From Octopus sinensis (Eukaryota), in contig NC_043000.1 of the NCBI RefSeq assembly GCF_006345805.1, forward strand, positions 22,506,001 to 22,570,000: DNA of 64,000 bases. Reading direction: 5' to 3'. A model generated the notes under the pieces. The model was not told where the DNA came from. It did no database searches and saw only the letters and a program-made list of their open reading frames with translations. Positions 1-10,290 of the stretch are shown piece by piece. The position numbers were made by a program, and so were the translations under genes. The stretch's first letter is position 1, and each line of letters starts with the position of its first letter.

Positions 1-382
1 TTATAAAGAAAAATACATAGTACAATTACAAAAAAAACTTGTTGATATAAATTGGACCGATTGTATGTATGTATGTATATACATGCACATATACCTATAC
101 ATATATACAATCGGTCCAACCCATGACAGCAAGGACAACGGACGTTAAATGATGATGATGATAATGACATTCAGGTTCCATTTACTAAATTCATTCGCAA
201 GGCCTTGGTTAACCTGAGGCTGTAGCAGAGGACACTTGCCCAAGGTGTATTGTCTTGTAGCTTTGAGATAACAATGAAATGATTGTATATTTTTAGAATG
301 ATATCGTAGCGTAGGTGCGAGAGGTCAGATTTCACCAGTTTGAACATTAAACAGCTAGAATATTTGAGTTGGATGTGGCTGG

Positions 383-914
383 TAACCTTTTAGTATTCAT
401 ACATAATGCTTATTTATTCATTGTTTTGACTTAATCATGCATTATATTGCAGCTTTGTGATTTCATTGATAAGATTGTGCTGGTGGCACATGAAAAAACA
501 TTCAAGTGAGGTCGTTGCCAGTGCCGCTGGACTGGCTCCTGTGCAGGTGGCACATAAAAAGCACCATTTGAGCGTGGCCGTTGCCAGTACGGCTGACTGG
601 CCCTCATGCTGGTGGCACGTGAAAGCACCCACTACACTCTTGGAATGGTTGGCGTTAGGAAGGGCATCCAGCTGTAGGAACTCTGCCAGATCAGATTGGA
701 GTTTGGTGCAGCCATCTGGTTCGCCAGACCTCAGTCAAATCATCCAACCCATGCTAGCATGGAAAGCGGACGTTAAACGATGATGATGATGGTAATGATG
801 ATAGTATATTTTTAGAGTGTCATTATAGGGTCGGTGTGAGAGGCAAATCTGGCCAGTTTAAACAGAAAGCAGATTCAATATTTGAGCTGGATGTGACTGG
901 TTTATATGCTAAGG
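383..914 (+). mobile_element. TTAA-type (piggyBac-like) MITE family A, degenerate, interrupted by an RTE 3'-UTR copy
   Basis: Internal sequence matches the complete copies at 22828-23027 and 48637-48865; split by the insert at 478-800. Confidence 0.55.
478..800 (+). mobile_element. 5'-truncated RTE LINE 3' UTR copy with (ATG)n tail
   Basis: ggcacgtgaaagcacccactacactc...gcggacgttaaacgatgatgatg matches the 3' end of the RTE at 15158-15750. Confidence 0.85.
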
Positions 915-1702
915 AGCAAAATGTTTATTCTCTACACCCATCTTTAGAGTGTTTGTCTCATAGTCACTGTTGTTACAAGACCATGATCTTACATCTAATA
1001 TCTTTTGTTTGGTATGAATTTAATAAATTTTAATGATGTTACTTGCACTAACACATTTCCTGTTGTAAACAATCTCCAACGCTACTCTGAAATCTCCCAC
1101 CTTTGTACACTGTAGCCAAACAAAACACCACTAATCTGTTTTTTTTCCAATGTAGGAATATTACTGATGTTATTGTTAAAAGCACTAAATCATTCAACAA
1201 GTTTTTCTATTCTGTCTAGTGATGAATTTTATTTTTCTTTCCTTCAATTCATTCACCAAAATATCTGCCAATAAAAGCGATTACCATCTTTATCTGTTAT
1301 TAATGTACACTTGTTGTATTGTATCGGGCATCCACTAGTACTTAGTGCTGTTTTGCTTTATATCATAGCACATAAATAGTAGCAAATGAAAATTTTATGA
1401 CACTAAAAATCACTGAAGCTTTCAATAATAGTAGTTTGTAGTAGCTTAGTGTCTAAAAAAAATTAATTGCATTGAATAAATAGGCTTAACACATTACATT
1501 AATGTGATGTCATATTGTGTTGAGCAATATCTGTTTACTTAAAATTTATGTCTAAATTCTGTGTGTATGTATGTATGTATGAATGTATGTATGTATATAT
1601 ATATGTGTGTGTGTGTGTTAGATGCCAATTTCTTCCCTGAAGAGGGAGGCCAGATTTATGGTTATGTTTATATGTATCCACTACTGGTTGCATATTCTTG
1701 AC

Positions 1703-1771
1703 CACAGGTTCTCAAAGTGGGCCCTCAATAAAGACTTCAGTGTATAAGTCCAAACCATTTGAGCACCACTG
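1703..1771. mobile_element. hAT-like MITE remnant
   Basis: Imperfect terminal inverted repeats cacaggttctcaaa / tttgagcaccactg. Confidence 0.4.
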
Positions 1772-1838
1772 TTTTCTATATTGGGCCTCCCTGGATTTCA
1801 TCTGTTGACTCTCTCTCTCTCTTTGTATATCTGTACAC

Positions 1839-1869
<31 letters not shown>

Positions 1870-1883
1870 AATATATATATATA

Positions 1884-2128
1884 TTGAGTTGGTGCATAAT
1901 AATTGTGGCTTTTTTCAACAAATTTTATTCAACAAAAACAACAATATTTGACAAAAACATTTTTAAATGATGGTCTGACCATCTGCCAAGCAAATCGGAA
2001 GCAGTAACTGAAGTAGATGGCGAATATGCTCTGGAATAATCATTTAAAGATGTTTTTGTTACATGTTGTTATTGTTTTTGTTGAATAAAATTTGTTGAAA
2101 AAACTGTAATAATTATGCACTAACTCAA
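1884..2128 (+). mobile_element. Mariner-derived MITE (internally deleted)
   Basis: Long TIRs ttgagttggtgcataa...ttttcaacaaattttattcaacaaaaac in TA context. The interior resembles a mariner C-terminus (HLPSKSEAVTEVDGEYALE*). Confidence 0.8.
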
Positions 2129-2142
2129 CATATATAAATAGG

Positions 2143-2312
2143 TGCAGGAGTGGCTGTGTGGTAAGAAGCTTCCTTCCCAACCACATGGTTCCGGGTTCAG
2201 TCCCTCTGCATAGCACCTTGGGCAAGCGTCTTCTATTATAGCCTCAGGTTGACCAAAGCCTTGTGAGTGGATTTGGTAGATAGAAACTGAAAGAAGCCTG
2301 TCATATATATGT
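2143..2312 (+). mobile_element. tRNA-derived SINE (octopus OR-like family), 5' half
   Basis: Head ggagtggctgtgtggtaag...ggttccgggttcagtccc, then gggcaagcgtcttctattatagcc...ggaaactgaaagaagcc; many copies in the window. Confidence 0.85.
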
Positions 2313-2636
2313 GTGTGTGTGTATAATTTAGTATAATTTTGGAGGTCTTAGGTAAAATTATACTAATGTGTCCATCTGTTTTAATTTAATTTAATTGAAT
2401 TCTATGTATTTATGCAGCTGAGGATTGCTCTGCATTTAAATTGATATAATGATTGCATTGTTCAATTAAATGGAGTTGCATGAAATGATCGTACTGCATT
2501 ACCTCTGGATATCCTGTTGCTTATTTTGATTTTAATCATCTTATTTTGAAATTGGATGATGATGAATACCATACTAAATTCTGGTGCCTCAACTTAAGTA
2601 CCTAATTCATCTGAATCTAAATATATATATATATTG

Positions 2637-2832
2637 CAGGTGGCACGTAAAAAGCACCCACTACACTCACGGAGTGGTTGGCGTTAGGAAGGGCATCCAG
2701 CTGTAGAAACATTGCCAGATTAGACTGGAGCCTGGTGCAGCCTTCTGGCTTCCCAGAACCCCGGTCGAACCGTCCAACCCATGCTAGCATGGAGAACGGA
2801 CGTTAAACGATGATGATGATGATGATGATGAT
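2637..2832 (+). mobile_element. RTE 3'-UTR copy inserted in a (TA)n tract
   Basis: High similarity to the RTE 3' end; (ATG)n tail; TA repeats on both sides. Confidence 0.9.
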
Positions 2833-3134
2833 ATATATATATATCTCGTTACCTTTCATAAAAAGCCTTTACTTTTTTTATTTACAATGTGCATTTTCGT
2901 TGATTTTTTCTTACTTTCACCTTACATTGCCATGTGTAGTTCCTATTTTCTTTTTGTAACATATTTCTATTATATATATATATATATATATATTGGCTTG
3001 CTCACTTAACAAGTGGGGTGGCGTCATTTGAAGGCTAAAACAATGCGGAGCGCATTGTGACCAGCGATGTGTAGTAACATCTGATAGCCTGGTTGGTCAT
3101 GTGATATATATATATATATGCATGTATGTATGTA

Positions 3135-3355
3135 TATATTTGTGTGTGTGTCTGTGTTTGTCCCTCCACTGTTGCTTGACAATTAATGTTGGTGTGTTTA
3201 TGTCCTCATAACTTAGCAGTTCAGCAAAGAAGACTGATAGAATAAGTACCAGACTTACAAAGAATAAGTCCTGGGATCGATTTGCATGACTAAAAGCCGT
3301 GCTCCAGCATGGCAGAAGTCAAATGACTGAAACAAGTAAAAGAATAAAAGAATAT
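3135..3355 (+). mobile_element. OR-like SINE 3' half
   Basis: tgtgtctgtgtttgtccc...gtcaaatgactgaaacaagtaaaagaataaaagaat, same as the 3' halves at 13365-13600 and 19520-19720. Confidence 0.8.
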
Positions 3356-3648
3356 GGCTACATCTCTATGTCCAGAAGAATAATAATCTACTTTGTTATC
3401 AAATGAAGTATTGTGACTGATTGGCAATAAAACACTTCCTCACAGGTTCCTGATGCATATCACTTTGAATTAAATTGTCAAAATTATTGGAGAAATAGAT
3501 ATAAGTATATACATACATGTCTTTTACATAGAATTGCCAAGCAGAGATTCAGCAAAATATCTGTAGTGGAATATGAACACTTGGTTCAAGAGCCCCTGAG
3601 CCTGATAATCTTAATGTCTCGGTGGATTATTTTGTCTCGTCTTTACTC

Positions 3649-3915
3649 ATCATCATCATTATCATCGTTTAACATCTGTTTTCCATGCTGGCGTGGGTGG
3701 GACGGTCTGACCGAGGGTTGGCAAGCCAGGAGGCTGCATCAGCCTCCAATTTGATCTGGCAAAGTGTCTATAGCTGGACGCCCTTCCTAGCGTCAACCAC
3801 TCCGAGAGTGTAGTGGGTGCTTTTTATGTGCCACTGGTTCAGGAGCCAGTCAGGCAGGTCTGACATCAATCACGTTCGGATAGTGCTTTTTATGTGCCAC
3901 CAGCACTGGGGCCAA
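3649..3915 (-). mobile_element. RTE 3'-UTR copy
   Basis: catcatcat...cgtttaacatctgttttccatgctgg, the reverse complement of the tail. Confidence 0.8.
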
Positions 3916-4129
3916 TTGGTACATTGACGGTTCAGTGGAAAATTTAACTCAGAATTATAAACCTCCAGTCATATTTGGACTCATTAACTGACTCATCTTT
4001 CTTGATAAAATAACTGATCAAGTTACACTTCACTGTCTCAGTACTGTTTGCTTTTTCTTACTTGCTAGATGTCTTCTGGATACTGTGAAAAGAAATAGAA
4101 CATTCAGTATATGAACTGTATCATCACTA

Positions 4130-4556
4130 GCATCGTGGTCAATGCCAGTTCTGCCTGACTGGCTCCCATGCTGGTGGCATGTAAAAAGCACCATCCAAAT
4201 GTGACTGATGCCAGTACCCACTGACTGGCTCTTGTGCCGGTGGAACTGAATGGCTCCTGTGCTGGTGGCACATAAAAAGCACCATCCGAATGAGGTCAAT
4301 GCTAGTGCCTCTTGACTAGCTCCTATGCTGATGGCACATTAAAAAGCACCATCCAAACATGGTCAATGCCGGTGCTGCCTGACTGGCTCCCATACTGGTG
4401 GCACATAATGGTTGGCATTAGGAAGGACATCCAGCTGTAGAAACCTTGTCTGATCAGATTGGAGCCTGGTGTAGCCTCCTGGTTTGTCAGTCCTCAGTCA
4501 AACCATCTAATCCATACCAGGATGGAACACAGACGTTAAATAATGATAATGATGAT
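4130..4556 (+). mobile_element. RTE 3'-UTR copy with about 4 tandem modules
   Basis: Repeated gtgctggtggcacataaaaagcacc modules followed by the tail. Confidence 0.8.
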
Positions 4557-5045
4557 TATCATCATTTAATACACACTTTTATTTTAGGGTGATGTACTTA
4601 ATTGTAGTAACATTTACGCCTTAGGTATTCTACATTTAATTACATTCCATATACACATAGCATCCCAATACAATATCTCAAGTTTTTAGTTTTTGTTTCA
4701 CAAATTAATCAAGAGTGGTGAGTGACCTTTGTAGGGCCCTCATGACTGTGACCTTTTCATCCCCCAGTTCTTTGAAGGTGGGATCGGGTAAAATCAAGTC
4801 TAAGAAAAAGGTAAGAATGATGGTAGGAAGCAGTGTTTGCTCTAATCTGTGGTAGTGTATGCAAAGATCTTATGTTATGGAAATGCTTTATAAGTCATTT
4901 GAGTCAGGATGATGAAGTTGTACTGTGAACTAATTTAGAAAAGCAGAGACCATTGCAGTGGTGATGGAAGAAGTAAAAAGAGGAAGAGGGAAACCTTACA
5001 TTTGCAAACTGCTGTTTGAAGTGAATCAAGTGTATCATTGTCACT

Positions 5046-5076
<31 letters not shown>

Positions 5077-5610
5077 ACATTTAACATCCGTTTTCCATGC
5101 TGGCATGGGTTGAATGGTTTGGCAGAAATGTTAGCAATCTGCGCGAAATGCTTAGCAGTATTTTGTCTACCATTACGTTTTGAGTTCAAATTACACTGAA
5201 GTCGACTTTGCCTTTCATCCTTTTGGGGTTGATAAATTAAGTACCAATTACGCACTGGGGTCGATGTAATTGACTTAATCCCTTTGTCTGTCCTTGTTTG
5301 TCCCCTCTATGTTTAGCCCCTTGTGAGCAATAAAGAAATAAGAAGCTTGTAGGGTGGACGGCTGCACCAGGTTCTAGTCGTCTGTTTTGGCATGGTTTCT
5401 ATGGTTGGATGCCCTTCTAACTTACCAGAGTGTGCTGGGTGCTGTTTGTATGGAATTGGTATGGCACTATACTTATGTGAACAGCGGCATGGATGCTCTT
5501 TACATGATACTAGCACAGATGCTTTTTATATGATACCAGCACAGGTCTTTTTTATGTGGCTCTGGCACAGGTGCTCTTTGGTGCCAGCATAGATGCTTTT
5601 TATGTGGTGC
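5046..5610 (-). mobile_element. RTE 3'-UTR copy interrupted by a SINE
   Basis: (CAT)n tail at 5046-5075; homology resumes after 5345. Confidence 0.7.
5118..5343 (+). mobile_element. tRNA-derived SINE, type-A tail (…cccttgtgggcaataaagaaata)
   Basis: ggcagaaatgttagc head, gagttcaaatt B-box-like motif, conserved body gtcgactttgcctttcatcc. Confidence 0.85.
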
Positions 5611-5634
5611 TGGCATGAATATTCTATATTTGAT

Positions 5635-6030
5635 ACTCTTTTACTTGTTTCAGTCATTTGACTGTGGCCATGCTAGTGCACCGCCTTTTAGTCGAGCAAA
5701 TCGACCCCAGGACTTATTCTTTGTAAGTCAGGTACTTATTCTAGCAGTCTCTTTTTCCGAAATTACGGGGATGTAAACACACTACCATCGGTTGTCAAGT
5801 AATGTTGAGGGGACAAACACAGATACACAAACATATGCTCACAGACACACACACACACACATATATATACGACTGGCTTCTTTCAGTTTCTGTCTACCAA
5901 ATCCACTCACAAGGCTTTGATCAGCCTGAGGCTATAGTAGAAGACACTTGCCGAAGGTTTTGCACAGTGGGACGGAGCCCGGAATATGTGGTTCATAAGC
6001 AAGCTACTTACTACACAGCCACTCCTATGC
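5635..6030 (-). mobile_element. Full OR-like SINE with internal (CA)n/(TA)n
   Basis: Reverse complement of the head and tail seen at 19311-19720. Confidence 0.85.
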
Positions 6031-6609
6031 CTATATTTAATGTTACTTACATAAGTATTTGAATCCAGTCTCTGATCTAAAGGTTATTTCGTCTCTTCTT
6101 CTCGTCTTAGAGGTCCAAGTCCAGGCCACTACTCTTCCTCTACTGATGAAGTCCCTTAGAATCTTTCAGTATATCGTACTGAATAATTTTTTAGAGCTTA
6201 GAAGGGAAGTAATGGTGGGAAGGCTGTACTGTTTACATTTTATTGTACTTTCCTAATTACATATGAACTATACAACTGAAAATCAGTGATTAATTTCAGT
6301 AACACATCTGGTTGATTTTGTTTTGTTCAATTTACATAGACTGAAAGACACCATGAGTTATAGAAAATATGAAGTGTTATAGACTAATAATCTTGTGTTG
6401 GTTGCATGATAAAGCATTTGATTGACAAGATGAAGAATATTCAGACATAACATTCCTCTTGCATTCTCCAGCCAAATCTGAGATGGAACAATGTGTTTGG
6501 AAACATCAAAATGTGTTATAAGTACCATCACAGTATGCTGTAGTGCCATGTTCTATATAGCTGAGAAATAATATCTCAGGAGAATATTCATCACTATTAT
6601 TGGCTTCTG

Positions 6610-7030
6610 TGCCAGTGGCACATGACCTGCTGTGCTTGAGGAGACCTATTGAGTCAAGTACATCAACATCAAAATAAATATCAAATGGAAATTGTAGTTG
6701 TGATACCTGTGCCGGTGGCACGTAAAAAGCACCATCTGAATGTGACTGATGCCAGCGCTGCCTTGACTGGCTTCTGTGCTGGTGGCACGTAAAAAGCACC
6801 AACCGATCGTGACTGCTGCCAGCCTCCCCTGGCACCTGTGCCGGTAGCATGTAAAAAGCACCCACTACACTCATGGAGTGGTTGGCGTTAGGAAGGGCAT
6901 CCAGCTGTAGAAACACTGCCAGGTCAGACTGGAGCATGGTGCAGCTTCCTGGCTTCCCCGACCCTGGTTGAACTGTCCAACCCATGCTAGCACGGAAAAC
7001 GGACGTTAAACGATGATGATGATGATGATC
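6610..7030 (+). mobile_element. RTE 3'-UTR copy with modules
   Basis: Homologous to RTE 15181-15700; (ATG)n tail. Confidence 0.85.
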
Positions 7031-7082
7031 ACTGTTTAATGTTTCATATTCCATGCTGGCATGAGTTGGATGGTTTGACAGC

Positions 7083-7310
7083 GGCGAGCTGGCAGAAACG
7101 TTAGCACGCTGGGTGAAATGCTTAGCAGTATTTCATCTGCCGCTACGTTCTGAGTTCAAATTCCGCCGAGGTCGACTTTGCCTTTCATCCTTTCAGGGTC
7201 AATTAAATAAGTACCAGTTACGCACTGGGGTTGATATAATCGACTTAATCCGTTTGTCTGTCCTTGTTTGTCCTCTCTGTGTTTAGCCCCTTGTGGGTAG
7301 TAAAGAAATA
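7083..7310 (+). mobile_element. Type-A SINE inserted in an RTE tail, with 11-bp TSD
   Basis: TSD ggtttgacagc at 7072-7082 and 7311-7321. Confidence 0.9.
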
Positions 7311-7477
7311 GGTTTGACAGCAGTTGGCAGGCCAGAGGAGTGCATCAAACTTCAGTGTCTAGTTTGGCATGATTTCTGTGACTGGATGTTCTTCCTAATG
7401 CCAACCACTTTGCAGAATGTACTGGGTGCATTTTACGTGCCACCAACACTGGTGTGGTCACCAAGGAACTTGCAAAA

Positions 7478-7835
7478 CTAGACCCCTCAACTGAAAGGGT
7501 TGCGAATAGTATTGAGGGAGGTGGCTTTATGCTGGGTGATGAGAGGTTGATGTATGATTGAGTGGGGACAAGAACCAGTGTCTTACTGTGAGATACATGA
7601 TTACCCCAGTTTGAAGAGAAAGAGGATGGTGGTAAAGATGTGTCAGGGCATACCCTCAAGTTACAGGAAGGTGAATAAAAGGGAAGTTGTATGGGTGGGT
7701 AAGTTCAGGAGAGTATGAGAGGGGTGTGGTAGACGGTTAGAGAGAAATGCATTGAGTGGGGGTATGGTCAGTTATGATTATCAGTTGGTGGGATGTGGTG
7801 GCAGAAGCAGGTGTGGGACAGACAGGTAATAGGTC
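7478..7835 (+). repeat. Unclassified purine-rich interspersed repeat
   Basis: agacccctcaactga...gagggaggtggctttatgc; similar stretches at 27460-28420, 43730-44000 and 52480-52880 (reverse complement). Confidence 0.5.
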
Positions 7836-8659
7836 ATAATAACTAAAAATATATTATAGATAGGGAATTGAAAAATTCAGTCATTTAAATTTATCAAATT
7901 AGTGGACAAAAATTTCATCTCAGAGCATTTAAAATTTAAGAACAATAAACAAGGGATCAATTGATTGTCTAAATTATCAAGAAAATTTAAATGTGGAAAA
8001 AATGGATCTTTACTTTAAAACTAACTGATGAAAGCAACACATATGTTTTGGTCTTGTTATATTTACTCAGCTGACATGAGCAAGAGTAATCAATATATTT
8101 AGAAATAGAAGAAATGTAGTGACATTGGTTATAAACAACAACACTAGGGTTAATAGGATACACTTCAAAGGAGGATTATGCATAATACATACAAAAATGG
8201 TAGGGTTTCACATATGCAGTAGAGTGAATGCAAAAACTTCGATTGACTGAGATTTTGCATGTGAACATTTCTACTGAAATTCTACAAAAATGCCAGCATG
8301 GCATTCATCATTGTTTTAATGTCCAGCTTCTCCGTGCTTGCATGAATCAGATGGAATTCATTGAGGCAGATTTTTTTATGGCTGGATGCCCTATCTACCA
8401 CCAACCCTCACCGTTTTCCAAGCAAGGTCATATTTATCCCTAGTTGGATGTATTTTCATAGGAAATTAAAAATGAATGATTCTGCTTGTAAGGAGGTGAC
8501 ACTCTTTTACAACTATCATTCAATATCAAGACAAAAAGATATGAACACACAGACACACACATTTATAAGCCAATAACTACAATGATGATGAAGATGATTA
8601 CTATCTGATGCAATGACTGAGACCTTTGGTATTAAGTTGTGCTTGGGAAGAAGACCCAT

Positions 8660-8885
8660 CAAGCCAAGCAAAATCACAGTTGTGGCAGATACCAGTGTCA
8701 CACAAATGGCACGTATGCTGGTGGCATGTAAAAGCACTCATTACACTCTTGGAGTGGTTGAAATAAGAAGGGCATACAGCCATAGAAACCATTCCAAATC
8801 AGACTGGAGTCTGGTGCAGCCTTCCAGCTTGCCAGCCTTGGTCAAACTGTCCATCCCATACCAGCATGGGCAACAGATGCTAAAT
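8660..8885 (+). mobile_element. Old RTE 3'-UTR copy
   Basis: Diverged match to the RTE tail. Confidence 0.7.
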
Positions 8886-9059
8886 GAGGAGCTTACTTTC
8901 AGAACCGGTATAAGTGCATGTTGATTTCATGATAACCATTAAAACACAATCTGTAAGCTGCCAGCTTCACGCATGTGAAATTATTTTCAATCAAACTGGA
9001 ATAGATGTCGTAGAGGCAGTAGGTAAACCTTAGTCTTCTAATCAAAATCACATATATTT

Positions 9060-9380
9060 AAGTTGTTGTTTTGGAAATTGTAGTTGTGGTCCCTTTGCTG
9101 GTAGCACGTAAAAAGCACCATCTGAATGTGGCCGATGCTAGCACCGCCTTGACTGGCTCCCGTCCCGGTGGCATGTAAAAAGCACCATCTGATCCTGGTC
9201 GATGCCACCACGCCCTGGCCCCTGTGCTGGTGGCATGTAAAAAGCACCCACTACACTCATGGAGTGGTTGGCGTTAGGAAGGGCATCCATCTGTAGAAAC
9301 ATTGCCAGATCAGACTGGTGCCTGGTGCAGCCTCCTGGCTTTTCAGACCCCAGTCAAACTGTCCAACCCATGCCAGCATG
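9060..9380 (+). mobile_element. RTE 3'-UTR copy with 3 modules
   Basis: Match to the RTE 3' UTR. Confidence 0.85.
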
Positions 9381-9904
9381 TATCTTGTTTTGAAAGTAAT
9401 CTCTTCAAATGATGACTGGAATAAACAACTGCACTGGATGCTATTTAGTATTTTGTTTGTTATTTGTCAGAGTATCATCTGTGAATGTCATTCCTGTTTA
9501 CTAAATAAATAGATACAGTACATTCTGTAAAAGTAGTTGATGCACAAGGAAGGGCACCCAGCCAAGAATCCTTGACAAAAATGGAATGTATGAGTGCGAT
9601 GACCTGCCTACATGATCAGGAACTCTGAATGAAAACTGTCTAGGACCATGGTGACTCATCACAAACATTGCAGCACAGAAGGCAGATGTACAATGGTATC
9701 AGTTACATCCTAAGGTAGAACAGAAAGCAAAAATGGCCTTGTAGTAAAAATTGTTTGCCAACGTAACATGGCAGTCCTGGTTTAGGACCAATATTGCTGT
9801 AATTTAGCCCTAGGAGACATTGGCTCCAGCTGGCTATACGACATGATCTGTCCTTATATTTTCGAACAAGGGAATCTAGCACCCCCACTCAGCTCAAAAC
9901 AGTA

Positions 9905-9949
9905 TCTGTGTATCGTGATTTCTGGGTTATTTCTCTTCATCAGCACAGA
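9905..9949 (-). ncRNA. Minimal type I hammerhead ribozyme motif (helix III palindrome mutated)
   Basis: Reverse complement reads tctgtg CTGATGA agagaaataaccca GAAA tcacga TA cacaga. Confidence 0.6.
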
Positions 9950-10245
9950 ATAATTGCTTGGCTAGAAGTGGCGCTGTCAAATTCCCGTTCAAAATATATA
10001 GTTTTCAAAGTGACAACTAGTCACTGATTTATAAATTAGAAAATTACTAATTTAAATCTCACAATGTGAAATATTCAGCAACAGTACTTTGTAGTAAAGA
10101 TTGTTTGCCAACATAACATTATTATTATGTTGTGAGATTTAAAAATAGTAATTTTCTAATTTATAAATCAGTGACTAGTTGTTACTTTGAAAACTATATA
10201 TTTCGAATGAGAATTTGGCAGTGCTACCTCTAGCCGAGCAATTAT

Positions 10246-10290
10246 TCTGTGCTGATGAAGAGAAATAGCCCAGAAATCGCGATACACAGA
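10246..10290 (+). ncRNA. Minimal type I hammerhead ribozyme motif
   Basis: tctgtg CTGATGA agagaaatagccca GAAA tcgcga TA cacaga: 6-bp helix I, intact core, palindromic helix III (ATCGCGAT), AUA triplet. Helix II is weak. Confidence 0.7.

Noticed and set aside
4768-4810. 43-nt plus-strand candidate exon (SLKVGSGKIKSKKK) with good splice sites
   Set aside because: No compatible neighbouring exons or recognisable homology; not supportable as a CDS.
6051-6230. Strong minus-strand donor (TAT|GTAAGT) beside coding-like sequence
   Set aside because: All frames contain stops within about 120 nt, and there is no convincing acceptor.
6506-7054. 182-aa ORF and many other 60-110-aa track ORFs (e.g. 457-783, 15209-15544, 21055-21483, 24238-24657)
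   Set aside because: These are translations of non-coding RTE UTR or SINE repeats, giving recurrent peptides such as LQLDALPNANH.
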